Source: an uncultured virus (IMG/VR IMGVR_UViG_3300027963_005142)
Taxonomy: Duplodnaviria > Heunggongvirae > Uroviricota > Caudoviricetes
DNA: 64,000 nucleotides
Reading direction: 5' to 3' (one strand)
Virus record (IMG/VR): IMGVR_UViG_3300027963_005142
A program made the position numbers and the translations under genes. This document shows positions 48,301 to 56,623 of the stretch, one piece after another; the first letter of the stretch is position 1; the number at the start of each line of letters is the position of its first letter. A model generated the notes under the pieces. It was not told the DNA's origin. It did not search any database and was given only the letters and a program-made list of their open reading frames with translations.

Positions 48301-48919
48301 GCAAGGACAGAAGATATGGGTTCCTCGCGGTGGCTTTGCTTTTGATTCACAGGGTCTTATACAGACGCTCTTTGCAATTTCAAATCCGGTATCTGCAGTT
48401 GCTGATGGCCTGACAAGCCTCCTCTTCAACTCGGTTCCCATCGGTTCAGACTTTCCAAACACAGAAGGGGCAGTCCGACAAATTGTTGAAATACTCACAA
48501 ATCCTGATGCTGCATTCTTCTCATCCTTTGATAATCCCTACTTCGATAAGAATGAAGTCATATCAGGGTATGAGAACACAATGGGTCGCGGATTAGCTGG
48601 AGTCATAGAAAACATGTCTTTTGGATGGGACTTCGCTTGGGAGACCGACTTTGGATCTCGTGCTCCCACGGGATGCAAGGTCACGCTTAAGTTCTCACCG
48701 ATCCACGACGTCCCGCCTGGCCTCGACGCTGACGGATTCAATAGAGCCCCAATTTACAATGCTGGTCGAATTATGAATGATTTCTCTGGAGATCCAATAG
48801 ATCGAGAGCTTGGAGCTCGTGCTTCGTTCTCAAATGCAAACAAGACAGTCACTGATGACAGATCAGTGGATCTAGATGCTGCTCAACGGTTTGCTGAGAT
48901 TCTTGGGAGAGATTCCTAA
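45323..48919 (+). CDS. Large baseplate protein with a tail-tube-initiator-like (gp48/gp54-type) domain
   Basis: FHAFIESVTDGFSASY...YGRADPVYNYSSTTRSIAVTF...PVIRLRLGD...GVIENMSFGW...VTLKFSPIH. Confidence 0.6.
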   Translation: MTRQTLRDFLASAGRPASTSISISSDPASAAPTPPDPSALAEGDDLGVDPNTGLPLLSTAGPSLTGDYAAYITARNNYPLRQGNKLAPSPTRGQDLEDPTIQGSESVFAPPASARQLSNYSNSGYFETGTRKLSDLISKTGGTGPRGDELLKTISSVDGRESSAQIYAEDAYDSENTYNPNQAFSRRTRSADVDPGTNIRVQRKIGDWKKIDGQDARTSTLETLKSVGLSLLLKAAHRDASDSPAGSIDPASPAANDAQADKYASVNFDTQISEQILRALNAFGAPTFDDGSAFLGGRGDFVPEDPDARYSKSYGVSYTPTTPSDQTASTERESPEVAGQNLESSVRLAAASVLILSKLLRQIYSESIDTLEFNPRKSLGLGPYKLGYSVGEDYKSLELAHFRSIFPNTAPYTFEECLKASFKSVFGLEMPSRAVDILAASPAQTFSTGELSSLVSNRILRESPSYWISIAKSAIYAYTATKKSMTPTQGASQGRNFAKTVQEISNLRATRFVSGMITMGYISLISTYGSNRSPILGNAEETSLNRVSRSRDTKGNSPNAGAWRGNALPSVFLLPGSSVLAGPKLGNTIFRANPARAMLASTLADKTVVDPNIGGEGSNRLPQELVHLIENKLEAEYVPFYFQDLRTNEVIAFHAFIESVTDGFSASYNTTKSYGRADPVYNYSSTTRSIAVTFSIVATNREDFDEMWFKINKLTTLMYPQYTRGQKISGRNSLLDYEFEAPFSQVPGATPVIRLRLGDLVKSNYSKLAAARLFGLGSKKNFKTTIVPGAGALRTLGSALSSDKLESFTYIAFLIATASPAVVISEVAAMTRGLTGPGSSTAVAAAAIGEIAAYEALAATDPVDGRGYINPFILNTVRNNLLDPQTYKGGTQSETQSALGGLNSFNTGESGSDASGRANLGDLIGSIVTVFPITSGWNNRSDGRGLNLVFNQPVKGVLTNKVSQSGTSLSTSNSNTLRSGKDMYEIQIAEGDQQGQKIWVPRGGFAFDSQGLIQTLFAISNPVSAVADGLTSLLFNSVPIGSDFPNTEGAVRQIVEILTNPDAAFFSSFDNPYFDKNEVISGYENTMGRGLAGVIENMSFGWDFAWETDFGSRAPTGCKVTLKFSPIHDVPPGLDADGFNRAPIYNAGRIMNDFSGDPIDRELGARASFSNANKTVTDDRSVDLDAAQRFAEILGRDS

Positions 48920-49221
48920 TGGCATTTTCGAGATATAATTTCACTCCTCGAACAGTCAATGGTCGTGGTCTCATTACTCCTGAGCTCTCAAACGAGATCT
49001 ATCAGAGAGTTAAGCTAGGTCAGATTTCTGTCACTCCATACATGCTGAAAGAGTCTGAGAGGCTTGACCACATAGCTTACAAGAAGCTAGGAGATGCATC
49101 TCTCTGGTGGGTGCTGGCAGCTGCTTCTGGAATCGGGTGGGGTCTACAGTGTCCTCCCGGAACGCTTGTCAATATCCCAACAAGCATGTCTGAGATCTAC
49201 GGATTATCGAGGATCGGATAA
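48919..49221 (+). CDS. LysM/gp53/tail-X-like baseplate protein
   Basis: ERLDHIAYKKLGDASLWWVLAAAS...PGTLVNIP. Confidence 0.78.
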   Translation: MAFSRYNFTPRTVNGRGLITPELSNEIYQRVKLGQISVTPYMLKESERLDHIAYKKLGDASLWWVLAAASGIGWGLQCPPGTLVNIPTSMSEIYGLSRIG

Positions 49222-52196
49222 TGGCGGGAAAGCTTTCAAACTCTGATCCCCTCATTAAGTCTATCGAGCTCCTAAAGCAGGAAGCACGGATACTCAATGC
49301 AGTCTATCGCCCGCAGGTTTCTAGCATACAATTCAATGATGTTGAAATAGTCGGACTACCCGAGGTGGCTGGAAACAAGATAGATGTCTCTAAGTTCTGC
49401 ACTGCTGAGCTTGGATCGAGGTACATTGACCTCTTTATAGGAAACGAAAGAGAGCCTAAGACTACCGGAGACATCATAGAGGAGATGGAAAAGATCACCT
49501 ATGCAGATGCTCAGGTGATCAAAGGCGGCACTTCTCCTGGCCGCGCTCTAATTTTTGTTTCTTCAAATATTGAAACAAAGGGAGATGTACAGAAAGAAGC
49601 TGAAGGGAATCCCGTTAGGATCAAGTTTAGTTCTCCGATATTCTCTAGAGAGGGCGTTAGTTTTCAGCAATATACATGCGGAACTTATTTTCCGCCGGAA
49701 ATTCCAGGACAGGTAGGCAGCATTAGAGTTGGACCAAATCCTCTTGATAGAAAACCTACTGCTAAGAGTATTGAAAAATTTAACAAGCCGGGTGCTACTC
49801 TTTTTTCTCACAGATTTGATGTTGACAATAAGGGGTTCACTGGGATGAACTTTTCACTTATTGATGCAGACATCCTGCATGCATTTTTGAATGGACTTCC
49901 AACACTTGAGCTTTCTCGGGCAGTCACCTTTTTTAGAGCTTCATTCTACTCACCTGCGATACAGAAAAAGACCAAATCTGGAAACCAGTCTTCTCCTCCT
50001 GTAACTCTTGCATCTTTTTTAGGGTTGGACACAGGTACTTTGCAACGTACTTACGGGTCTCCGAGCGCAGCTGATCTAACCCGTCTTGCAGTTGGATACT
50101 CTCCTTTCTTAAAAGAAAAGACCCTGTCTCGCACTGGTTTTGAGCTCTTCTTAGGACCACAAACTCTTGTAAATCCAGATATCAACAGATCTCCTCCGGG
50201 TACTTTTTCAAACAGAAACTTTCCTGTCTTGGACCCGATGGTGCCTCTTGCGTCAATCGATTCATTTCGTATCACCATCCAGAACTCACCCGTAGCTGCT
50301 TTCACCACTCAGGTTGCAGAGCTCAAGATTATCGTCCACGACAAGTCTCGGCTCGAAGAGCTTTCAAGCATCATTGCAATTCAAGATTTTCCCTCTAACT
50401 TTATCGAGATCGAATACGGATACAATCATCCTGACTCAGATCCTGTCAGGGGCTCAGCTGCTGGAAGATTTATTAATCTGATGAAGATGCGCCAGGTCTT
50501 CACAGTTGCAGGCTACGCGATGAATGTAAAAGATAGATCTGTCGAGGTCAACCTGCGACTTGTTTCTCTCACAGATAGAGCTCTTTCTGCTGTGCCATGC
50601 ATAACTGGGAATTTTATCCCTATCAGAGCTGTCACTCAGTACCTTGAAAATCTCTCCAAGGCGACCTTTTCAAGCGTTCTTGGCAAAGAAGTGCTCCAGT
50701 TTGATCCAAAGTCCACAGCCGGACTGATGGTCCCGAGGAGCAATTTTGTTGAGCTCGTCAATGCAATCAAGAGCATAGGAACGATAGAAGACAATCAGAC
50801 TGGAGAGCCTGTTATCAATGAGGAAATAGATCAGGCAGTTGAAAATCTTCGTATAGCCATTGAGACCAATACTCAGAGACCAGAAAATACCAATCCTGCT
50901 GCAGAGCAGACGCGAATAATTGACTCCTGTAAAGCTTTCAATATTGGCGGAACTCAAGGCTCAGATCCGTTCTTTGAAGAGCTCGCTGGTGCAAACAAGG
51001 AGAGCATCAGGCAGCCTCTTAAATCGGGAAACTTCTGTACTGCTGCTCAGCTAATCTCTCGTCTTGTTCTTTACCCGCTTGCTAGCTCTACCATCTTCGA
51101 CGAAGTCCAGATTCACACGTTCTCCTTTAACGAAAGAGCTGCAAAGCTTTCAAAGCTTCCAATAGCAATGTGCCCGATCGACGTCGACTTGTTTGCAAGA
51201 AGCCTCACAAAAACCACAAATCCTAACCGCATCTACACGACAGCTGAGATGCTTGGTAAGATTGTTAAATTCTGCTCCAATCCATACAACATAGCGTTCG
51301 GAGTTAGCGATCAGTTCAAGAAGATCAAGGATGCCCGAGACGCTGCAGAAAAAGCAAGAAAAGAAGAAGAATCTGAAGAAGGAGAAGAAGAGGGACCACC
51401 TCCGCCGACTCCTGCTGAAAAAACAGCTCGATCAGCACTTACAGACAGGTTGAAGCTCATCTACAAGGAAGTTTACGGAACAGATGCCACCAACGACGAG
51501 GCTGTGTTTAAGGTTCCTCGAGTAAGATCTGAAGTTCAATCACTCAAAAAACAGATAGAAGACGAAGATGGTGTAAGAGAAATCAACATCTGCAAAATCA
51601 TCATCTACGATGAAGCATGCTCATCGATCGGAGACCTTTCTTCTATTCTTGGCGTGGCTGCAGAGGAGATGGTATCGAATCCAGGCACAAAGTCTGCTGA
51701 ATTCAACCTAAACAAGGCGAAAGACATTAGAGTTGTTAGAGAGATCCTAAGTAGACTCTATCCAGTTTTAACTCCCGGAACGGGAAATTCAGTTGTAAGC
51801 TCTGTCTCAGTGGCAACCTCAACCTCAGGTCAGGCTGCCCAGGTGCAACTCGTTGAGGCACTAAAGGGTGTCTATGGCGCGGAGCAGGACTCCATGCCCG
51901 ATTCTGCTGGATCCGACATTGAGGTAATACCTGCAAAGATCTCTTTTACATCAATTGGATGCCCAATCATAAGCAGAGGACAGAGTGTTTTTGTCAACCT
52001 CAAGACAGGAACAACGCTCGACAACGTCTACTCAGTCTCATCAGTTTCTCACAGCATAGACTCAAGAGGTAGCTTTACAACGTCAGTCTCTCTTGCGCCT
52101 ACCAGCAGCGGAACTGTAAGGGGCGTGTCTACAAAGATCGAGAGAGCTATCAAGCAGTTTGTAGATTCAAAATCCTATGGCATTGAAGATCGATAG
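49221..52196 (+). CDS. Putative baseplate hub protein (gp27/late control D-like)
   Basis: IEYGY and C-terminal GCPIISRGQ...YSVSSVSHSI...FTTSVSL; follows the LysM-like gene. Confidence 0.6.
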   Translation: MAGKLSNSDPLIKSIELLKQEARILNAVYRPQVSSIQFNDVEIVGLPEVAGNKIDVSKFCTAELGSRYIDLFIGNEREPKTTGDIIEEMEKITYADAQVIKGGTSPGRALIFVSSNIETKGDVQKEAEGNPVRIKFSSPIFSREGVSFQQYTCGTYFPPEIPGQVGSIRVGPNPLDRKPTAKSIEKFNKPGATLFSHRFDVDNKGFTGMNFSLIDADILHAFLNGLPTLELSRAVTFFRASFYSPAIQKKTKSGNQSSPPVTLASFLGLDTGTLQRTYGSPSAADLTRLAVGYSPFLKEKTLSRTGFELFLGPQTLVNPDINRSPPGTFSNRNFPVLDPMVPLASIDSFRITIQNSPVAAFTTQVAELKIIVHDKSRLEELSSIIAIQDFPSNFIEIEYGYNHPDSDPVRGSAAGRFINLMKMRQVFTVAGYAMNVKDRSVEVNLRLVSLTDRALSAVPCITGNFIPIRAVTQYLENLSKATFSSVLGKEVLQFDPKSTAGLMVPRSNFVELVNAIKSIGTIEDNQTGEPVINEEIDQAVENLRIAIETNTQRPENTNPAAEQTRIIDSCKAFNIGGTQGSDPFFEELAGANKESIRQPLKSGNFCTAAQLISRLVLYPLASSTIFDEVQIHTFSFNERAAKLSKLPIAMCPIDVDLFARSLTKTTNPNRIYTTAEMLGKIVKFCSNPYNIAFGVSDQFKKIKDARDAAEKARKEEESEEGEEEGPPPPTPAEKTARSALTDRLKLIYKEVYGTDATNDEAVFKVPRVRSEVQSLKKQIEDEDGVREINICKIIIYDEACSSIGDLSSILGVAAEEMVSNPGTKSAEFNLNKAKDIRVVREILSRLYPVLTPGTGNSVVSSVSVATSTSGQAAQVQLVEALKGVYGAEQDSMPDSAGSDIEVIPAKISFTSIGCPIISRGQSVFVNLKTGTTLDNVYSVSSVSHSIDSRGSFTTSVSLAPTSSGTVRGVSTKIERAIKQFVDSKSYGIEDR

Positions 52197-52211
52197 TGCT
52201 CTTGATATGAT
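52183..52211 (+). promoter_or_regulatory. Sigma70-like promoter with extended -10, probably leaderless
   Basis: TTGAAG-17 nt-TATGAT with TG before the -10, ending 5 nt before the GTG at 52217. Confidence 0.65.
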
Positions 52212-52216
52212 CATTC

Positions 52217-53362
52217 GTGCTCAAAATAAGCAAAGAGATTCTTGGAACAAAATCAAGCTTCTTGATCAAGGATGACGGATCTGTCTGTCTCTCTGATCTC
52301 TCTATGGAAGATGCTTGGACAGTCGGTTTCCATCAGAACTACAAGTCTGTTGAGATCGCCTGCCGAGCACTCGGAATTGAAATGCCTGAGATCGTCGCAG
52401 AAGAAGCTAATAAGTTCTGGTCAACTTGGAAAGTGAGGCCACCAGCTTCCGCTGTTATGTCTCACAGCGAGCTTCTGGAAAAAATCAAGACGCTGAATAG
52501 CTGGTTCTCAGCGCAGTTCTCTGCGTATTGTGACAGCTCCTACTTCTGTAACGACTTTCAGTCGATCCTCTTGCTGTTGGACAGGCTTGAACCTGCGCTG
52601 TTAGACAGTGATTTCGTGAGAGCTTGTGATGATGAAAGGATCTCGTCACTGTCAGGCTCAAAGAGCGCTTCTTGCACCTACGATCCATGCAGCTCCTCTA
52701 CGGGTAGACTTACTGTAAAGTCTGGATTTCCAATCTTAACACTGCCAAGAGAGCTTCGAAAGTCTCTCAAGTCTCGTCATGGAAAGATTCTGCAAATTGA
52801 CTTCACAGCTCTCGAGCCTCACACGCTTCGGTGCTTTGCTGGCAGACTCTCAGGCGAAGAAGACATCTACACAGACATTAGTCGAGGATTTGACCTTGAA
52901 AGAGATATCGTAAAAGTTGCAGTTATGTCTGCTTGTTACGGAATGTCGAGAAACTCTTTCAGGTCAAAGTACAGGTCGGTTTCAGGTGCTGCAGGATTCT
53001 ACGATTCAATCCGAAAAGGTCTCGGAGTCGAAGAACTTGAGAGCTACATTGCTCGAAGCTGCGTTATCTCTACTGGCATTACAAATGGTTTCGGCAGGCC
53101 CATTCAGTGTGATCCTGCCGCGTGGGTATCACACTTTGTGCAATCAACTGCTGTGGATGTTGCTTGCCAGGGATTCAACGATGTCATCGATAGGCTCGCT
53201 GAGTCTCGAGCAAGGTTCAGTCCTCTCTTCTTGATCCACGATTCTCTTGTTGTCGATGTGAATGTTGAACACATGAGTGCGCTTAATAGAATTGTTGAAG
53301 AAGGTTTTCTTCTCAAGAGTAAGAACTACAAATTCCCAATGAAGATCAAGGAGCTTTACTAA
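52217..53362 (+). CDS. Minimal family-A DNA polymerase domain protein
   Basis: TGRL, motif A DFTALE, motif B RxxxKxxxMxxxYG, VQSTAVD, motif C IHDS; only 381 aa. Confidence 0.8.
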   Translation: MLKISKEILGTKSSFLIKDDGSVCLSDLSMEDAWTVGFHQNYKSVEIACRALGIEMPEIVAEEANKFWSTWKVRPPASAVMSHSELLEKIKTLNSWFSAQFSAYCDSSYFCNDFQSILLLLDRLEPALLDSDFVRACDDERISSLSGSKSASCTYDPCSSSTGRLTVKSGFPILTLPRELRKSLKSRHGKILQIDFTALEPHTLRCFAGRLSGEEDIYTDISRGFDLERDIVKVAVMSACYGMSRNSFRSKYRSVSGAAGFYDSIRKGLGVEELESYIARSCVISTGITNGFGRPIQCDPAAWVSHFVQSTAVDVACQGFNDVIDRLAESRARFSPLFLIHDSLVVDVNVEHMSALNRIVEEGFLLKSKNYKFPMKIKELY

Positions 53363-53928
53363 TGCAAGACATTGAAAAAGTCTATAATTCCTACATGAAA
53401 CTTGTCAATTTGCTTGATGCGCGGTCAGGCGCTATTAAGCGGCTAGTTGATCACTTTGGAGAGCGGTTTGCCACCTGTCCTGCTTTTGACAGAAGTGAGC
53501 GCTCTACAGCATCTCCGGGAGGAATGATGCTTCACAGCATCAACGTTACAAAGACCATGAAGACTGTTGCAGAATCTTCTGGATTGAAGATTCCAATACA
53601 GTCGATAATCATGTGCGGTCTTGTTCATGAGTTTGGTCGGCTAGGAGACCTGAGTAACGACTACTACGTCGAGCAGAAGTCTGATTGGCACAGAGAGCGA
53701 GGCAATATCTACACCTACAATCCTGAGTGTGTGAAGATGACTCACGGACATCGGACGCTGTGGATCTTGCAGCAGTTTGGAGTCGAGCTTACACCTGAAG
53801 AGTGGTTAGCTGTCGCTTCTTTGAGCTTCTACTCTGAAGAGCAGCGATTCTACGCAGGATACGAGGGTGACCTCGCAGCTCTGCTGCAGTACGCAGACAG
53901 GATAGTGACTGCGCAAGAACGAGTCTAA
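53362..53928 (+). CDS. HD-domain-like phosphohydrolase (HE variant)
   Basis: GGMMLHS...GLVHEFGRLG...H...LLQYAD, a YhaM-like layout. Confidence 0.7.
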   Translation: MQDIEKVYNSYMKLVNLLDARSGAIKRLVDHFGERFATCPAFDRSERSTASPGGMMLHSINVTKTMKTVAESSGLKIPIQSIIMCGLVHEFGRLGDLSNDYYVEQKSDWHRERGNIYTYNPECVKMTHGHRTLWILQQFGVELTPEEWLAVASLSFYSEEQRFYAGYEGDLAALLQYADRIVTAQERV

Positions 53929-53941
53929 GATATTTACATTA

Positions 53942-54514
53942 GTGGCAAATCAAGAAAAAGCATCAGCAATTGGACACTACTCTAGCAGGGGTAGAGCTAT
54001 TCCGTGGTCGGGAGCGCTCGGCGGCGGTGATGGCGCGCAGCAGAAGATTGGACGTCCAAGGCTTCCGGGAAAGATTCAAGCATCTCCAACAGGCGCTGCT
54101 GACAGCACTTTTGCCGGAAGGATGTCTCTACTGGTTCCCGACTACGAGCAACAGCTCGCTTACGATGAGGTAGGTGAGTTTGTCGGCATGCCTGACTACA
54201 AGTCCAACATAGAGAACATAGCGACACGCAAGCTTGCAGGTCCGAGGAAGCTTCCAAGAGGTTTCAAGCTGCGTCTCACAGAGGACTCTGGTGATGGATT
54301 TGAAGATTTTCTGCATGTTGAGGACCTGCTCGAAGAGATTGCTCCTAAAAAGAAGAAGTTTAAGAAAGAAGCATCAGGTGTCGGAGCCGTCGCAGGCTAC
54401 ACGGGTCCAGTATCAGGTCCCTCGAATCCCAAGAGCTTTTACAGCAAGATGGCGAAGGCCGCAGGAGGTGAGTATCTAGAGGATCCAACAAAGACTGCTC
54501 GCGGGCGTCCGTAA
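53942..54514 (+). CDS. Hypothetical protein, possibly late/head-internal
   Basis: GTG start 5 nt after TATTTA; L-x-E sites; EASGVGAVAGY. Confidence 0.55.
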   Translation: MANQEKASAIGHYSSRGRAIPWSGALGGGDGAQQKIGRPRLPGKIQASPTGAADSTFAGRMSLLVPDYEQQLAYDEVGEFVGMPDYKSNIENIATRKLAGPRKLPRGFKLRLTEDSGDGFEDFLHVEDLLEEIAPKKKKFKKEASGVGAVAGYTGPVSGPSNPKSFYSKMAKAAGGEYLEDPTKTARGRP

Positions 54515-54609
54515 AACTTTTGAACAACTACCACTTTAAACGTTAAATCATACTAGCTCTAAACATCACACCGAAGTTAAGAGTTACCACAAAGGAAAAC
54601 AAACTAATC

Positions 54610-55422
54610 ATGACCATTAATTTTGACGCACTTAAGAAGAAACTAGATAATCTCTCCGGTAACAACAAGAAGAGCAACGCTTCCTGGAAGCCCAAGGAAG
54701 GCGAGGAATACACGGTCCGCCTCCTCTCGTTCCCGAACAACGACGGCCAGCCCTTCAAGGAGCTCTGGTTCTACTACAACATTGGCAGCAACCCTGGTCT
54801 CCTCGCACCCTACCAGTACGGACAGCAGGATCCGATTCAGGATCTAATCCGCAAGCTGAAGGATGATGCATCCAAGGAGTCCTACGAGCTCGCCAAGAAG
54901 CTCTACCCGAAGATGCGTTGCTACGCTCCGGTCATCGTTCGCGGTGAGGAGGACAAGGGCGTCCAGCTCTGGGCGTTCGGCAAGCAGGTCTACCAGTCGC
55001 TCCTCGCGATCATGCTTGACGAGGACTACGGTGATATTACCGATCCTGAGTCCGGCCGAGATGTGAAGGTTCGTTGCTTCAAGCCCAATGGCAAGAAGTA
55101 CACTGAGACTGAGGTCATGCCGCGAGGAAAGGCTTCTCCTCTCAGCCCGAACACTGGGTCCGCAAAGCAGTGGCTAGGAAATATTCCAGACGTCTCCAAG
55201 ATGTTTGAGCTCAAGTCTGCAGATGAGCTCAGCAAGATCGTCAACGACTGGATCAATAGCGGAATGCCTGACGGCAGCGATGGAACTCAGAAGGGTGGAA
55301 GCGGCAGTTATAGCTCTGCACAGAGCGACAGCGAAGAGACTCCTACGCCTCGCAAGAAGCCTTCTGGAAGTGACAACTTTAGATCGATCGATGATGCTTT
55401 CGCTGATCTTATCGAAAGCTAA
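54610..55422 (+). CDS. Single-stranded DNA-binding protein (T4 gp32-like)
   Basis: WKP...VRLL, WAFGKQVY, DITDPESGRD and an acidic tail ending IDDAFADL; C-ending codon bias. Confidence 0.85.
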   Translation: MTINFDALKKKLDNLSGNNKKSNASWKPKEGEEYTVRLLSFPNNDGQPFKELWFYYNIGSNPGLLAPYQYGQQDPIQDLIRKLKDDASKESYELAKKLYPKMRCYAPVIVRGEEDKGVQLWAFGKQVYQSLLAIMLDEDYGDITDPESGRDVKVRCFKPNGKKYTETEVMPRGKASPLSPNTGSAKQWLGNIPDVSKMFELKSADELSKIVNDWINSGMPDGSDGTQKGGSGSYSSAQSDSEETPTPRKKPSGSDNFRSIDDAFADLIES

Positions 55423-55439
55423 TCGATAGATTGACCAAT

Positions 55440-55479
55440 CGAGGTAAGGGTTGTAATGTTGACCCTTACCTCGTATAGT
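55440..55479 (+). promoter_or_regulatory. 12-bp inverted repeat overlapping a sigma70-like promoter of recA
   Basis: CGAGGTAAGGGT (55440-55451) / ACCCTTACCTCG (55462-55473); TTGTAA-17 nt-TATAGT (55451-55479). Confidence 0.7.
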
Positions 55480-55495
55480 ATCAGACAGGAGAAAC

Positions 55496-56623
55496 ATGAC
55501 AAAAGTTAGAGATGATGACTTTACATCAGAGCTGATAAAGTCCTTAAACAAGGAGCACGGCTCCAAGATAGCCTATAACCTCACTGAAGACGCTTCACCT
55601 ACTCACGTTAAGCGGTGGATCTCTACTGGCTCTGCGCTTCTTGACTACATCGTCTCGAACAGGAAGGGCGGCGGCCTGCCAGAAGGAAGAATTGTTGAGA
55701 TCTTCGGGCCGCCGTCGATTGGAAAGTCTCACATTGCTACACAGATCGCTCGGTCAACTCAGCAGATGGGAGGCATTGTTGTCTACATCGACACAGAGAA
55801 TGCAACCTCAGTAGAGAACCTTCACGCACTTGGTGTTGACGTCTCTAGACGATTTGTCTATGTTGACACTCACTGCACAGAGGAAGTCTTTGATGTAGCT
55901 GAGAAGACCATCATGAAGGCAAAAGCGATGGCGAAAGACGTCCCGATCACAATCATCTGGGACTCTGTCGCGGCAAGCTCACCCAAGGCCGAGCTCAACG
56001 GAGAGTACGACAAAGACACTATCGGCCTTCAAGCTCGCGCAATCTCGAAGGGCATGCGCAAGATCACTGGTGTCATCGGTGATCAATCAGTTCTGATGAT
56101 CTGCCTCAACCAGATTCGCACGAAGATAGGCGTTCTCCACGGTGATCCAACCACGACACCGGGCGGCATGGCGATCCCGTTCCACTCCTCAGTGAGACTT
56201 AAGTTAGGAGCTGGTCAGCACATCCAGAATAAAGACGGAGACATCATCGGCATCAATGTCTCAGCAAAGACCGTCAAGAACAAGGTAGGACCACCGTTCA
56301 GGACTGTCAACTTCCAGATCCACTTCGGCAAGGGAATTGTTGAGCACGAGGAGATCTTTGATGTGCTTCGTGAAGCAGGCGAGAGACAGATTGGAAACAA
56401 GATGGTCTGCGTCTCAGGAACCACGGCATGGAAAGTGTTCACTGTGACAGACCTTGATAAGGGTGCAACGATCATTGAGAAGAAGTTTCACAAAGCTGAG
56501 TTCGGAGAACTTCTTCGAAATCCTGAGTACAAGACCTACCTTGACAACCTGATCGAGACAGTCATGGTCAGGACAGGGTCTGCGTCGATTACGACCGAGG
56601 AAGAAGAGGAGTCTGATGAGTGA
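55496..56623 (+). CDS. recA: RecA/UvsX recombinase
   Basis: ISTGS..LD, GLPEGRIVEIFGPPSIGKS, YIDTE, IWDSVAA, NQIR and TTPGG. Confidence 0.93.
   Translation: MTKVRDDDFTSELIKSLNKEHGSKIAYNLTEDASPTHVKRWISTGSALLDYIVSNRKGGGLPEGRIVEIFGPPSIGKSHIATQIARSTQQMGGIVVYIDTENATSVENLHALGVDVSRRFVYVDTHCTEEVFDVAEKTIMKAKAMAKDVPITIIWDSVAASSPKAELNGEYDKDTIGLQARAISKGMRKITGVIGDQSVLMICLNQIRTKIGVLHGDPTTTPGGMAIPFHSSVRLKLGAGQHIQNKDGDIIGINVSAKTVKNKVGPPFRTVNFQIHFGKGIVEHEEIFDVLREAGERQIGNKMVCVSGTTAWKVFTVTDLDKGATIIEKKFHKAEFGELLRNPEYKTYLDNLIETVMVRTGSASITTEEEEESDE

Noticed and set aside
35524..52196. Bacterial contractile injection system (eCIS/tailocin) instead of phage
   Set aside because: Multiple sheaths occur in eCIS loci, but capsid, portal, terminase and replication genes are all present here.
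52217..53928. 2-aminoadenine (Z-genome) system
   Set aside because: No PurZ or MazZ in the window, and the HD protein looks YhaM-like; cannot be excluded for the rest of the genome.
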